Positions 38,511 to 49,500 are shown, numbered from the stretch's first letter. The stretch is 64,000 nucleotides of DNA from an uncultured virus (IMG/VR IMGVR_UViG_3300037067_002170) (IMGVR_UViG_3300037067_002170:1-64000); one strand, 5' to 3'. Notes: generated by a model not told the origin, from the letters alone. Program-made: numbers and translations.

Positions 38511-38990
38511 TCAGTCGGGCCATTCTTCGCCCGTAGTCTTCGCAGCTTTAGGAGCGCTCTTTGGTGCAGCCTTCCCTCCGATATCCGCCTTGGGCGAAAC
38601 CACCCGGTTGATATTCTGATACCCAGACTTATTGGTATCAATGTAGATCTTAACCTGATAGCCGGGGAGCTCCCTCATCAACTTCGCAAGCACCTTGGGA
38701 TTGAACATGCTGACATCATCCCCAGGGAACGCCTTATCGAACGCAGGTTCCAGTCCAGCAGCCAGCAGCACGTTAGCGATCTTCCTCTCCCCGAACTCGG
38801 TATCCCAATCACAGTACAGCGTAGAGAAGGCACCCTCACTCTCGCCTTCAACGATCTTAAAGTTAACCGTAAGGCTCCGCTTGTTATTCTTATTGGTGAA
38901 ATCCTCAACCTTGTCGATCTCAGCCAAGTGCCAACCATCTACCAGTGTTCTGCTTCCCCAATCCGCCTCTGAATTTCCCTTAAACTTCAT
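38511..38990 (-). CDS. Single-stranded DNA-binding protein (DUF669-like)
   Basis: OB-fold-like pattern (LVDGWHLAEI...LTVNFKIVEG); acidic/aromatic tail EEWPD; downstream of the Sak4-like gene. Confidence 0.75.
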   Translation of the reverse strand: MKFKGNSEADWGSRTLVDGWHLAEIDKVEDFTNKNNKRSLTVNFKIVEGESEGAFSTLYCDWDTEFGERKIANVLLAAGLEPAFDKAFPGDDVSMFNPKVLAKLMRELPGYQVKIYIDTNKSGYQNINRVVSPKADIGGKAAPKSAPKAAKTTGEEWPD

Positions 38991-39013
38991 AGTGTTCTCC
39001 TTTATATTAAATG

Positions 39014-39280
39014 TTAGTAAGTCTGTCTTTTACCGTTTCTAATCCCAAGCTCAGCCTTCTTGTTAAACAAGACACCCCGAGCAAACTTGAAACTCTTAAG
39101 GTACTGGTTGATAGGAACCTTGTACCCCTCATGCAGCTCTCGGATATGAATATCCAAATCTTCTCCGTGTACCCTGAAAGAAACATGTCCCTCTCCTGCA
39201 TCAATTGCCTCAAAGTCATGACCGCGACAGTGCAGATACGCTACCATCGTCACATCGTCCAGATCCGTAGATCCTTCCAT
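39014..39280 (-). CDS. Hypothetical protein (DUF5659-like)
   Basis: D....AYL...G........G...F pattern; AAGGAG RBS. Confidence 0.55.
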   Translation of the reverse strand: MEGSTDLDDVTMVAYLHCRGHDFEAIDAGEGHVSFRVHGEDLDIHIRELHEGYKVPINQYLKSFKFARGVLFNKKAELGIRNGKRQTY

Positions 39281-39313
39281 CGTTCTCTCCTTTCGTTATT
39301 ATTTGATTTGTCC

Positions 39314-39553
39314 TCAGCTCTTTTCCTCCTTTCTAGTCTCAAGCATATTTAGCGCTTCCTTTATATAGTCCGCAACAACCTCAAGGTTGTATTTGACACT
39401 AGAGGCAAGGTGCTTGCTTTGGAGTAGCTGGGCTACCGTTGTGTTCATCGAAGCAATCCTTCCCTTAGCTATAAACAATTCTCTTTGCCTTACCTGTTTG
39501 TCCGTAGGCGCTCTACTATCCAAAGAAGGCAGCGCTATCTCTGATAGCTTCAT
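39314..39553 (-). CDS. Hypothetical protein
   Basis: AAGGAGG RBS; ATGA overlap. Confidence 0.6.
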   Translation of the reverse strand: MKLSEIALPSLDSRAPTDKQVRQRELFIAKGRIASMNTTVAQLLQSKHLASSVKYNLEVVADYIKEALNMLETRKEEKS

Positions 39554-40362
39554 GCCTTTTCCTCCTTTCCTTTTTTCTTTGCTTCCCCATTACCTCCATT
39601 AGCAACCTGGAGTATCTTGCAAATATGAAGGGGCTTGTTCTGTACCCCACCCTCTGGCATCTTGCCAGTAAACTTACACATGAACGATCCATCGCCTTCA
39701 AAGCTAACGGCAGGAGGATAAATAACCTCTCCGTTCTCGTCGGTGCGGCTTTCCACTAACCCGATAAAGTCGAAGAAGCCCTGCATATGCTTGCTGTACT
39801 CCTGTCCCTTTAACGCAGGTGCTGCACTAAGCTGCTTGTTATACTTCGGGTTCTCCTCAATGCGAGCCAAACACACCACAACCTTGCCAAGCTGACTAAG
39901 CTTGCTAATCGAGTTAGTGAACCTCAGCATAGACCCACCAAGCGTTCCGTAGCCCTCCATCGACATCTTGGCTCTCATGGTGAGTGGCTTGTCGATGCCC
40001 TTCTTACTCTTGGCGTCCAGCTTATCGAACCCTTCCTCAAGGATCTCGTCGCTAAGACTGATGGCAATCAAGTGGCTAAGACTGTCAACAACGATCGTGT
40101 TGTACCGCTCGAAGTTGCTCGTGTCGTTAACAAACTCCATCAGCTCCTCGAATCCCTCATAGAATGCGAAGTCGATATCAACGTCTTCACGCCCTGATGC
40201 CACCACAAACTTCTCCGTCGAGCGGGGTTCTATCATTATGTACATAATAGGGTCTTTAGCTGTTTGTATAGTAGTAACGCTCTTACCAACCCCTGCGGGA
40301 CCGTACAGCAGCATTAAGTCTCCAGATACATCTTTCATCTCTGATCTCTTCCAAATCTTCAT
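39550..40362 (-). CDS. Sak4-like (AAA_24) ATPase/recombinase
   Basis: LLYGPAGVGKS Walker A; TIVVDSLS Walker B; FDFIG; sits between exonuclease and SSB. Confidence 0.85.
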   Translation of the reverse strand: MKIWKRSEMKDVSGDLMLLYGPAGVGKSVTTIQTAKDPIMYIMIEPRSTEKFVVASGREDVDIDFAFYEGFEELMEFVNDTSNFERYNTIVVDSLSHLIAISLSDEILEEGFDKLDAKSKKGIDKPLTMRAKMSMEGYGTLGGSMLRFTNSISKLSQLGKVVVCLARIEENPKYNKQLSAAPALKGQEYSKHMQGFFDFIGLVESRTDENGEVIYPPAVSFEGDGSFMCKFTGKMPEGGVQNKPLHICKILQVANGGNGEAKKKGKEEKA

Positions 40363-40553
40363 ATGCTTCCTCCTTCCGTTTCCATCGTACCAAGTATCTC
40401 TGGATAATCCCCAATTATTGCTTCTTTTATCCACTGGCCATGCCCCAACTGGCGAGTCCCCTTAACAGCATTTGCTGACATGGTTTTCTCAACCCATGAT
40501 CTTGGACCAACATATTCCAATATTCTTAACACCCGCACCCTATCATCAATCAT
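40359..40553 (-). CDS. Hypothetical protein
   Basis: GAGGAG RBS; ATGA overlaps at both ends. Confidence 0.6.
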   Translation of the reverse strand: MIDDRVRVLRILEYVGPRSWVEKTMSANAVKGTRQLGHGQWIKEAIIGDYPEILGTMETEGGSI

Positions 40554-41647
40554 ATCTTATCTCCTCTCGTTAAATCTAGCTCTTCTTGTTTGAGTGGCTC
40601 AGCTTTTGCGGGTTCAATCCACACCAACTTTTCCCTCACTTGGTACACATCCTCGCTCATCGTGTTGAACCTGCATATTCCGAGGTAATCGCAGGCCTGT
40701 CCTGGGAATACATTCTTACAGCTGCGGTCATTCCGGTAGAAACCATCACACATCAATGCCTCATAGATGTTTATAAACAATCTCTTATATCTACCCTGCA
40801 CATCGTCAAGATCAAACTCGTTACGGAAGAACTTCTTGCCGTAGGTATGTGTGTCCTTATTATATCCAAGGAAGTAATAAGCAGGTCTAGCCATCACATC
40901 GTTATATACCCGCTCTCCGAACGCCGCTATGTCGTCCTCTTCCCGCTTGGTGATCTTCAGCGCCGGAGTCCTGGCGATCTCCATGATACAATACTCCAGG
41001 TTGGGGTCAGCCAGGAAGTAGGTAGCACACTGACTCTGGATCAAATAAATGTCCAGGTAATTGTCCGGGCGACTACTCAACTTGTTCTCCGCGAAGTAGT
41101 TGGAATACTTACGGTCATAAAACCCACGCACTAGCAATCTAACCGCGTGTCCGTTTCCCCATGTCCACACCCCGTGACCGAAATCTTCTATATAAAGGTT
41201 AACTGGAGCCTGTAGCCTACCGCCCTCTTCCACTTTGATCCCGAGATCCCTGTACGCCTTGTATAGCGCCTTGATGCTCTCCACCCCGTGCTCCGGGATA
41301 TCATAGTCATCAACGACCTCCTGAATCCCCACTGTCTTGTCCCCCAGGTACCATTGTAATACCGTGTCCCAAAGCTTACCCAGCTTCAATGGCATTCCCA
41401 TGTGGGCATTCTTGACCTGTATCCCCCTCACCTGCTTGTAATAAAACAGCCTCGGGCACGTCATGAAGTCCTGGATGCTGGAATGGCTAAGCGGCAGGGG
41501 CTTATCAGCGATCTCAGCGATACACCGATAGTTCTCTGGAAGCTTGCACAATCCACACACGCTCCCCTTGCTCTGTTCAATGTAATAATGGCACAGGTTC
41601 TCAGTGCCGAAGGTGGGACTAAACTGCGCACACAACTCACTTCTCAT
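40550..41647 (-). CDS. Cas4/AddB-like PD-(D/E)XK exonuclease with Fe-S cysteines
   Basis: LSHSSIQDFMTCPRLFYY; GFYD......ENK; Q...Y; C-terminal C......CDY..IC. Confidence 0.85.
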   Translation of the reverse strand: MRSELCAQFSPTFGTENLCHYYIEQSKGSVCGLCKLPENYRCIAEIADKPLPLSHSSIQDFMTCPRLFYYKQVRGIQVKNAHMGMPLKLGKLWDTVLQWYLGDKTVGIQEVVDDYDIPEHGVESIKALYKAYRDLGIKVEEGGRLQAPVNLYIEDFGHGVWTWGNGHAVRLLVRGFYDRKYSNYFAENKLSSRPDNYLDIYLIQSQCATYFLADPNLEYCIMEIARTPALKITKREEDDIAAFGERVYNDVMARPAYYFLGYNKDTHTYGKKFFRNEFDLDDVQGRYKRLFINIYEALMCDGFYRNDRSCKNVFPGQACDYLGICRFNTMSEDVYQVREKLVWIEPAKAEPLKQEELDLTRGDKI

Positions 41648-41697
41648 AATCTCTCCTTTCTTATTAATCATCAATTCTCAATCTCAACGTTGATTGC

Positions 41698-41726
41698 ACA
41701 CTACTCTTTTTTTTCATTCTTGTCAA
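41698..41726 (-). promoter_or_regulatory. Sigma70-type promoter for the replication operon
   Basis: TTGACA-17 nt-TAGTGT on the minus strand in the divergent AT-rich intergenic region. Confidence 0.75.
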
Positions 41727-41906
41727 GCATTACTTTTGATTTAATAGATATTTCTAAAAAAGCATTTACTTTTCAGAGTGTGGATCAAGAAGTTTCCAAG
41801 CCTCTTTGTAGGGAGCCCTCAGGTTGTTGTAATTGTGAAAAGTTTTTGCAGAAAGTTCTTGCATTAAAACAAAAAATATGCTTAAGTTATATCTAGAAAG
41901 GAGGAC

Positions 41907-42188
41907 ATGATGACCGTAGCGACAATTGAAGTAGACTTGGTTTCAAAAAACTTTAAGAACCTAAGCGAGCAGGTGTATTTTGTTGGGCGAAGGTTGCGTG
42001 ATGAACTCTCGGCAATAAATACTAAAGATTGTAGGGTCCATTGCAAGGGTATCGTCGGTACCATTATTAGTTATGAGGTGGAGAAGGAAGGGGGGCGACA
42101 CGAACTTCCCGATCGGAGCACCTATTATGTCTCTAGCTGGAGACGCCGATTGCCCAAAAGAAAGATATTGGTATATGAAAACAATTAA
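41907..42188 (+). CDS. Hypothetical protein
   Basis: AAAGGAGG RBS; possible TTGCAT promoter at 41859. Confidence 0.6.
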   Translation: MMTVATIEVDLVSKNFKNLSEQVYFVGRRLRDELSAINTKDCRVHCKGIVGTIISYEVEKEGGRHELPDRSTYYVSSWRRRLPKRKILVYENN

Positions 42189-42437
42189 AGATCTGCGCAA
42201 GGCGTTAGTGGGCATACCTTCTGATCGCATCATAGGTGCGAATCACGGTACAACAGAGCTTTTCGCTCAAGATGAGACTGGTCGCCCACGCAAGTTCTTC
42301 TCGTTCTTGGAACCAGAAGAACCACGCGAGGATACGGTATAAAGAAGTCCCCTACTCGGTCATGTAGTATGATAACTGCAACAGCGGATGCAATGTCCAG
42401 CGGCTAGTGTGATACGAGTAGGGGCTGTTTTTACCTA

Positions 42438-42466
42438 TTGACATCTATAGTAATATCGTTTAGCGT
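42438..42466 (+). promoter_or_regulatory. Sigma70-type promoter for the packaging operon
   Basis: TTGACA-17 nt-TAGCGT upstream of TerS. Confidence 0.7.
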
Positions 42467-42484
42467 GCATTCGGAGAGTGCACT

Positions 42485-43138
42485 ATGTCAAAAAGAAAAC
42501 CAGGTACCCCACCCAAGGCAACAGGGCGTCCAAAAGGGATGAATACAGAAGCTATTTATGAGAAAGCCGCTGCTGATGCCGCCGAAGAAATCGCACTTAT
42601 CCCCGAAGTAGTAGATAATCTTCCTGTACCAACCAAGCGCAAAAAGACATGGTGGGAGAACTCCAAGGTTAAGAAAGCAATAATGGAGACGGGGCAGGTT
42701 GCAGAGACCGATGACCAACGTAATGCCTTTGACGAGTATCTATCAATGGGCAGCGGGAGATCGCTGGCTGGTGTTGCTCGAAAAATAGGGCGTAACATCA
42801 ATACGGTTTCTAATAGGGCATAAAAACATAACTGGACAAAGAGGGTCATTGAGTGGTCGCAGGAAGAGTCTCTATCTAGGTCCATCGAGCCAATCGAAGA
42901 CTACATTGCCAATAAGCGTTTCTCGGTAAAGATCATAGACAAGATCCTCCAAGACGCAGTAACAGTGGACGACGAAGGCAACATCATCACATCAAACATC
43001 AGGGCGGTTACAGCGGCAGACCTAAAAACGCTAATCACCCTGCGCAACGACATACTAAATATCAATCCCGGCAAACAAGAAGGCGGCAAGGGTGGAAACA
43101 CCCAAATCGGACAGGCAGTTTTTATCATCAAGAAATAA
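42485..43138 (+). CDS. terS: Terminase small subunit (HTH), with an in-frame TAA at 42821-42823
   Basis: AFDEYLSMGSGRSLAGVARKIG HTH; frame continues past TAA (KHNWTKRV...) to TAA 43138 directly before TerL. Confidence 0.7.
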
Positions 43139-43147
43139 GGATCATTG

Positions 43148-46100
43148 ATGGCAGAACAGTTCATGCGGATATACGATTATGATGATGCACCCACTATCCG
43201 TGCGTTCAACGAGGATAAGCGGTTCTTTAAGTGTATCTACGGCCCGTTTGGGTGCTTATCAGCAGACACGGAATACCTAACTCCATATGGATGGAAATAC
43301 ATTAATGAATACAATGGATCAGATCCAATTGCTGAATTTGATTTAGATACATCTAGGCTTGTATTCTCGAAACCACAAGCGTATATCAAGCTTCCATGTG
43401 AGTCTTTCTTGCATCTCAAAAATCAATACGGAATAGACCAGTTGCTTAGTGATGAGCATACTGTTTTGTTTAACACTAGGTTTAAGCCGGAAGAGTGGAG
43501 GACCATTTCTGCCCTTGATCTTGCAACATCCCACAATAAGCTGAAGGACGGATGGTCTGGCAGAATCCCCACTACGTTTAAGGCCCCCCATGCAGGCGGT
43601 GTGGATCTTGATGATTTCGAGTTGCGCCTCATGGTTGCTATTTCTGCCGATGGGCACTTTCCCAAAAACCAAGACCCTCCTCCATGTATGGTGTGTGTTA
43701 GAAAGCAAAGGAAGAAGGATAGGATGAGATGGCTGCTTTCTGAATGCAATATTGATTGGAAAGAACGCAACTATGCTGCTCGGCCAACAGAAACAACCTT
43801 TGTGTTTAAGGCCCCAGAACAGAATAAGCTTTTGTGGAAATATATTGATGCTACCGAAGAACAGCTGGCAATCATAGCCGACGAGTTCACTTATTGGGAT
43901 GGGCACGAGGATTGTTACGGTGGAAGGGTCTATGCTTCAATCATAAAAGAGAATGCTGATTTTATTCAATACGCTCTCGCAACCGTTGGCATAAGATCTA
44001 CGATATCAATCATAGAACATGAAAACGAAAAATGGCATGACGGATATAGACTATATGCTGGAACTGGAGCAACCTTTTTGTCTATGCGACAGGCTCCTAA
44101 GATAGAGCGAGTTCCGTCTGTAGATGGATTTAAGTATTGCTTCACTACTAATACTGGGTTTTTTGTAGCTCGTCGCAATGGGAGAATATTTATCACTGGC
44201 AATAGCGGCAAGTCTAGTGGTTGTATAGCCGAAATAATAGACATAGGTGTTAATCAGGCTCCAGATCAAACTAAAACACGCAGAACTAAGTGGGCAATAG
44301 TAAGAAATTGCTACGATGACGAAACCGAGGTTCTCACCGAAAAGAACGGATGGGTGTTGTTTAAGGATTTGCAACCAGAGGATAAAGTTGCAATGCTGGA
44401 GAACGAAAAGTTAGTATTTATTAGTCCAACATATTACTATACGGCAGATTACGATGGGGAAATGGTTGGCTTTCAAAACGAAGGCGTAGATTTCTGCGTT
44501 ACCCCCGACCACAAGATGTATATTTCAATGCGCAATGCTCGCAAAAAGATTTGGGAGGATTATCGCTTTAGAACCGCTGATGATATTTATGGAAACAAGA
44601 ACATTGCGGTAAAGAGAAACGCCAACCATTGGGATGGTGTAATCCCTCCGTATTCAATTGACTTTTGTGAATGGTTAGGGTTTTGGACAGCAGAAGGATC
44701 GGCGTCTTTGTACCTGCATGGTGGTTATGCTCGTAGAAGATGCGTAATAACCAACAAAAATGACGTAGAATATACAAGAAAGTTATTTAAAAATGCCAAT
44801 ATCCCCTTTGGAGAAAATATTCGCCAAGATGGGGGGATTAATTTTGTAGTAAGAATTAACGAAGAAACCAAACCTCTTATAGATATGCTTATCCCGTTGG
44901 CCGGTTCTGGGAACAAACATGTTCTTCAGTGGTTGAAAGATTCTCCTCCTGAATACATAAAGGCTTTTATCAAAGGGTATCTTGCTGGAGACGGTAGCCA
45001 TAGTTCCGATGGTACAATCGGGGCAACAACGGCTTCTGCCCAACTTGCTGACGATATACAAGAGTTGGCTCTTCGAGCCGGAATGGTTGTCAATCTACAC
45101 ACTAGCAAAAAAATAGACCACATGGTTATTGGGGGCGTTGATACAAAACAAAATTACGATACGAATAGAATAACATTTGTCAAGGAATGCAAGTACGAAC
45201 CAATGCTCACGGTAGGAGGGTATGCTAAAAAATACACAGGGTGGTATAAAAAACAATACAACGGAAAGGTGTACTGCATAGAGGTTCCAACGCATGTTAT
45301 TTATGTCAGGAGAAATAAAAAAGCTTTTTGGTGTTCACAGACATATAAAGTCCTGCTAGATACTACTATGGCCACTTTCTTTCATTGGCTCCCTCCTGAA
45401 TATTTCGGAACATTCAACGTAACAAACTTCTCCTATAAGATAGACAAGATCGTTCTAGACGATGGGACCAAGGTGGAGATAGAGGTTATCTTCCGAGCGC
45501 TGGACAAACCAGAGCAGGTTAGGAACCTTCTCTCCCTCGAGTTAACTGGTGCGTGGTTTAACGAGATCCGCGAGATGCCCAAGGCGATCATTGATGCTAT
45601 GGAGGGGCGTGTTGATAGGTTCCCTGCCCAAGATGATGGTGGCCCCACGTGGACCGGTATCATTGCTGACTCTAATCCCCCCGACCAAGAATCGTGGCTC
45701 TATAAGTTCTTTGAGGAAAAGGTGCCCAAGGACCCAGAGTTACAATCTAAATATGTCCTCTATCGCCAACCATCAGGCAGGTCTCCCCAAGCAGAAAATA
45801 GGAAGCACCTTTCAGATACCTACTACACCAATATGGCAATCGGGAAAGACCCGGAATACATCAAGGTATATATTGATGGAGACTATGGATATATCAGAGA
45901 CGGCAAGCCAGTATTTGGGAATTATTCCGACTCTTTGCATTGCGCTGATGATATCATTATCCCTGTTCGTGGAGTCCCCGTTATAGTTGGGGTCGACTTC
46001 GGATTGACTCCCGCTGCCGTGTTTACCCAGTATCTCCCCAAGGGAAACTTTAACATCTTTCACGAGTTCACTTCTGAAGACATGGGCATTAGAAGGTTTT

Positions 46101-46585
46101 TCACAGATATAATCAAACCATATATATTTGCTAACCTACGGGGATATGATGTAGTTGTCACCGGCGATCCCGCTGGTGTAAGGAGGCAAGATACCGACGA
46201 ACGTTCTTGCTTCGACGAGTTACGTCTTATGGGCTATCCGGCTACACCTGCCCACTCTAACGCCTTCCTTGCCAGATACAATGCTATCGACCAGTTCCTG
46301 GTAAAACTAATAGAGGGAAAGCCAGCTTTCCAGCTATCTCCGAATTGCACAATGCTGCGAAGGGGGTTTATTGGGGAGTACAAGCTCAAGAAATATCGCG
46401 GTCTTAACGACAGATTTTCAGAGATCCCAGCGAAGGATGAATGGTCGCACCCGATGGATGCTGCTCAATATGCAGCAATGATAGTAGATCGTGCGGCTAA
46501 TATGGAGAAAACACGGACCCCATCACAGCTTCGTTACGCAAGCAAGTACGCTGCTGCTAGACCACAGATGTCAGCCTGGACATAG
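43148..46585 (+). CDS. terL: Terminase large subunit with two inteins (mature about 484 aa)
   Basis: Spliced Walker A GPFG|SGKS; AIVRN|TY; LELTGAWFNE; DSNPP; GVDFGLTPA; GDPAG; SHPMDAAQY. Confidence 0.95.
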   Translation: MAEQFMRIYDYDDAPTIRAFNEDKRFFKCIYGPFGCLSADTEYLTPYGWKYINEYNGSDPIAEFDLDTSRLVFSKPQAYIKLPCESFLHLKNQYGIDQLLSDEHTVLFNTRFKPEEWRTISALDLATSHNKLKDGWSGRIPTTFKAPHAGGVDLDDFELRLMVAISADGHFPKNQDPPPCMVCVRKQRKKDRMRWLLSECNIDWKERNYAARPTETTFVFKAPEQNKLLWKYIDATEEQLAIIADEFTYWDGHEDCYGGRVYASIIKENADFIQYALATVGIRSTISIIEHENEKWHDGYRLYAGTGATFLSMRQAPKIERVPSVDGFKYCFTTNTGFFVARRNGRIFITGNSGKSSGCIAEIIDIGVNQAPDQTKTRRTKWAIVRNCYDDETEVLTEKNGWVLFKDLQPEDKVAMLENEKLVFISPTYYYTADYDGEMVGFQNEGVDFCVTPDHKMYISMRNARKKIWEDYRFRTADDIYGNKNIAVKRNANHWDGVIPPYSIDFCEWLGFWTAEGSASLYLHGGYARRRCVITNKNDVEYTRKLFKNANIPFGENIRQDGGINFVVRINEETKPLIDMLIPLAGSGNKHVLQWLKDSPPEYIKAFIKGYLAGDGSHSSDGTIGATTASAQLADDIQELALRAGMVVNLHTSKKIDHMVIGGVDTKQNYDTNRITFVKECKYEPMLTVGGYAKKYTGWYKKQYNGKVYCIEVPTHVIYVRRNKKAFWCSQTYKVLLDTTMATFFHWLPPEYFGTFNVTNFSYKIDKIVLDDGTKVEIEVIFRALDKPEQVRNLLSLELTGAWFNEIREMPKAIIDAMEGRVDRFPAQDDGGPTWTGIIADSNPPDQESWLYKFFEEKVPKDPELQSKYVLYRQPSGRSPQAENRKHLSDTYYTNMAIGKDPEYIKVYIDGDYGYIRDGKPVFGNYSDSLHCADDIIIPVRGVPVIVGVDFGLTPAAVFTQYLPKGNFNIFHEFTSEDMGIRRFFTDIIKPYIFANLRGYDVVVTGDPAGVRRQDTDERSCFDELRLMGYPATPAHSNAFLARYNAIDQFLVKLIEGKPAFQLSPNCTMLRRGFIGEYKLKKYRGLNDRFSEIPAKDEWSHPMDAAQYAAMIVDRAANMEKTRTPSQLRYASKYAAARPQMSAWT
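43253..44203 (+). mobile_element. Intein 1 in TerL Walker A (317 aa, LAGLIDADG-type endonuclease)
   Basis: Starts CLSADTEYLT; ends FFVARRNGRIFITGN followed by Ser; VAISADG and FTYWDG motifs. Confidence 0.95.
44309..45340 (+). mobile_element. Intein 2 in TerL (344 aa, LAGLIDADG endonuclease, C-terminal Gln)
   Basis: Starts CYDDETEVLT; block B VTPDHKM; LGFWTAEG and GYLAGDG; ends VYCIEV...FWCSQ followed by Thr. Confidence 0.95.
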
Positions 46586-46593
46586 GAGACGAA

Positions 46594-49500
46594 ATGCAAG
46601 TTATCCCAAACTCTGAAATAGGCAGGATGGAAGGAGAGCAGGCTACACTGGATGGTATCCTCGACGATACCGCCGCTGTGGGGCTTCAGAATTCCATGAT
46701 CTCGGACTACATCTGGAACTGCTGGGAGAAGGCCAAGCGTTTCAAGGAGAACGGGGCAGAGGCTCGTATTCTCGCAAATATGCGACAGATAGACGGCCAG
46801 TATGATCCCGGTAAACTTGCCGACATCAAGAAGATCGGTGGTTCTGAAGTCTTCATGATGATTACTGATGCCAAACAAAAGAACGCTAGTTACTGGGTGC
46901 AGGACATTCTTTTCCAGCCAGGACAGAGATCTTGGGGAATAGAGCCCTCCCCGGTACCAGAGCTTCCCCCTGAAGTTAAAGAGCAGATCGTAACCGCTAT
47001 ATTCCAATCACTAATGGAGGGACTATCTCAAGCAGCAGAACTCACTGGGCAGATGCCCAACGAGCAGTATATCCAGGGCGAGATAGCCAGCGCTATGCCG
47101 GAGATAGAGAAGGCGGTTAAGGAAGAGATCCTCCGTACTGCCAGAGAGAGGGCCAAAGACACAGAGCAATCGGTAGATGACAAGCTCACCGAGGGTGGGT
47201 ACTACTCAGCTCTCCGCAAGATGATCCCCAATTGCATTGCCCACACAGGGTTCCTAAAGGGTCCAATTAACAAGAAGCGCAGGATCATGAAGGTGGTTAC
47301 CGATGGAGAGGGTAGACTTACCAAGCAAGTTACCGAGGAGATTTACCCCACATGGGAATCCCGTCACCCCCTCTATATTTACCCTGCACCGGGTTCTGTG
47401 GACGTAAACGATGGATACCTCATTGACAGGGTTAAACTCACGCCACTTGCCCTCCAGGACCTCCTAGGGGTGGATGGTTATGACTCCGAAGAGATTATGG
47501 CAGTACTCGATGAAGCAGAGAGCGGAAAACTGTTCGAGTGGCTCCCTGTAGACCAGGACATCGCAGACATCAACGAAGAGAATTCTATGATCTCCTACGA
47601 CTCTGACAAGATAGATTGCTTGGAGTTTTGGGGAACAGTAAGAGGCTCCTACCTTGCTGATTGGGGGTTAGCCGTAGAGAACGAATCTTTCTTCTACAAC
47701 ATCAAGGCATATCTCATTGGTAGTCACGTTATTGGTATACAGTTTAACGATGACCCTATGGGGCGTAAACCGTTCTATAAGGATTCATTTGAGAACAAAG
47801 ATGGATCGTTCTGGGGTAAGGGGCTCCCTGAAGTAATTGCAGATTGCCAGGGTGTGTGTAATGCTGTCTCTAGAGCAATCGTGAACAACGCAGCTATGGC
47901 TAGCGGTCCACAGGTGGAACGCAACATAGATCGCATCCCTCCCCACGCTCGAGAAGACACAGCGCTCATCCCCTGGAAGGTGTGGGACACTACATCTGAT
48001 ATGATGAGCAATGGGAAAGCCATCGAGTTCTTCCAACCGCCAATGGTGGTAGAGAAGTTGCTCCAGGTATACAATGCTTATTCCAAGATTGCAGACGAGC
48101 ACTCGGGGGTTCCGGGATTTGCTCATGGTGATACACAGGTCGGGGGAGCTGGCAACGCTCTAGCAAACTACGAGGAGATCTTGACTCCTTGTGGGCCGGT
48201 TGCAATGGGTGATGTTTCTGTTGGGGATGAAGTTGTAAATACTTATGGTGGGGTCTCTAAAATAACCGGAGTTTATCCGCAGGGAGAATCCGATATCTTT
48301 AGAATGTATTTTAATAATGGCGAACACGTAGATTGCGATATGAACCACAGGTGGTCAGTTGAGGCATTCGATCATTATGATCGTAAAGTCAGAACAATGA
48401 CTACTGCCGAGTTACTGGAACGTGGACTTTTCCAGAAAACGAAAAAAACAGACAAGTACCCGGACGGTTACAGGCCAAAATGGGCATTGCCGTTGATAGA
48501 TGGGGTGGAGTTTGCTCCCAGAGATGTCAAAATTGACCCATATACTCTGGGTTGTTTAATTGGAGATGGCACGTATGGAAGTCGTAGTTGCAAACTAATA
48601 AGCATGGACCAGGAAATATTTGACCGGATACCATATCCATTGGGCAAGAAGCAATTTAGACCGGAAAATAAATCATGGGTGCAATCAATAGGAACCATTA
48701 CTGGTGATTTTAGAAGTTATGGTCTCAACTGTAAATCAATTCACAGGTTTATCCCAGAAGACTATCTGTACAATACAAGAGAAGTGCGTTTAGAATTGCT
48801 AAGAGGGTTGATGGACACGGACGGTACTGCGTATAAGACAGGTTCTGTGCGTTACTATACATCTTCAAAGAGGCTCGCTCGCGACTTTAAGGACCTCGTA
48901 AATTCTCTGGGTGCTAACGTTCAGCAAATAGAGAGAAGAGAGAATGGGTCGTTTGTTATTAAAGGCAAGAAGTATGTGAGTAAAACGTCTTATAGTGTTG
49001 TCTTTAATCTACCCGGAGAAAAAATATTTCACTTAGAAAGAAAACAGTCAAAGGTAATAACATCCGCAAAACCGCCACATACTTTTATAGTTGGAGTTAA
49101 ATACATCGGAAAATTCGAAGCCACCTGTATTTCGGTGGACTCTAGCAATGAACTGTTTGTTTGCAAAAACCTAATAGTTACGCATAACACAGCTTCGGGA
49201 TTGAACATGTTGATGTCTTCGGCAGCTCGTGGCATCCGTGGGTTAGTGTCCTCTCTTGACGAGAACGTCATCAAGCCAGCGGTCGAACGCCAGTACGTAT
49301 ATATAGTCGACACCGAACCAAACTATGGATTCATTTGTGACTACAATATTGTAACCTCTGGATCTGCCGCAGCTCTAGTGAAAGAGCAGATGGCAGCACG
49401 CCGGATCGAGTTCATGAACGCTACAGCCAACCCACTCGATGCTCAGATCCTTGGGATCGAAGGACGCAAGTACCTCCTGGAGGAAACAGCTAGATCTATC

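Noticed and set aside
14100..41700. Lysogeny module (integrase, CI repressor, att site, ParA)
   Set aside because: No recombinase, S24-peptidase repressor or partition motifs recognised; lifestyle cannot be determined from this window.
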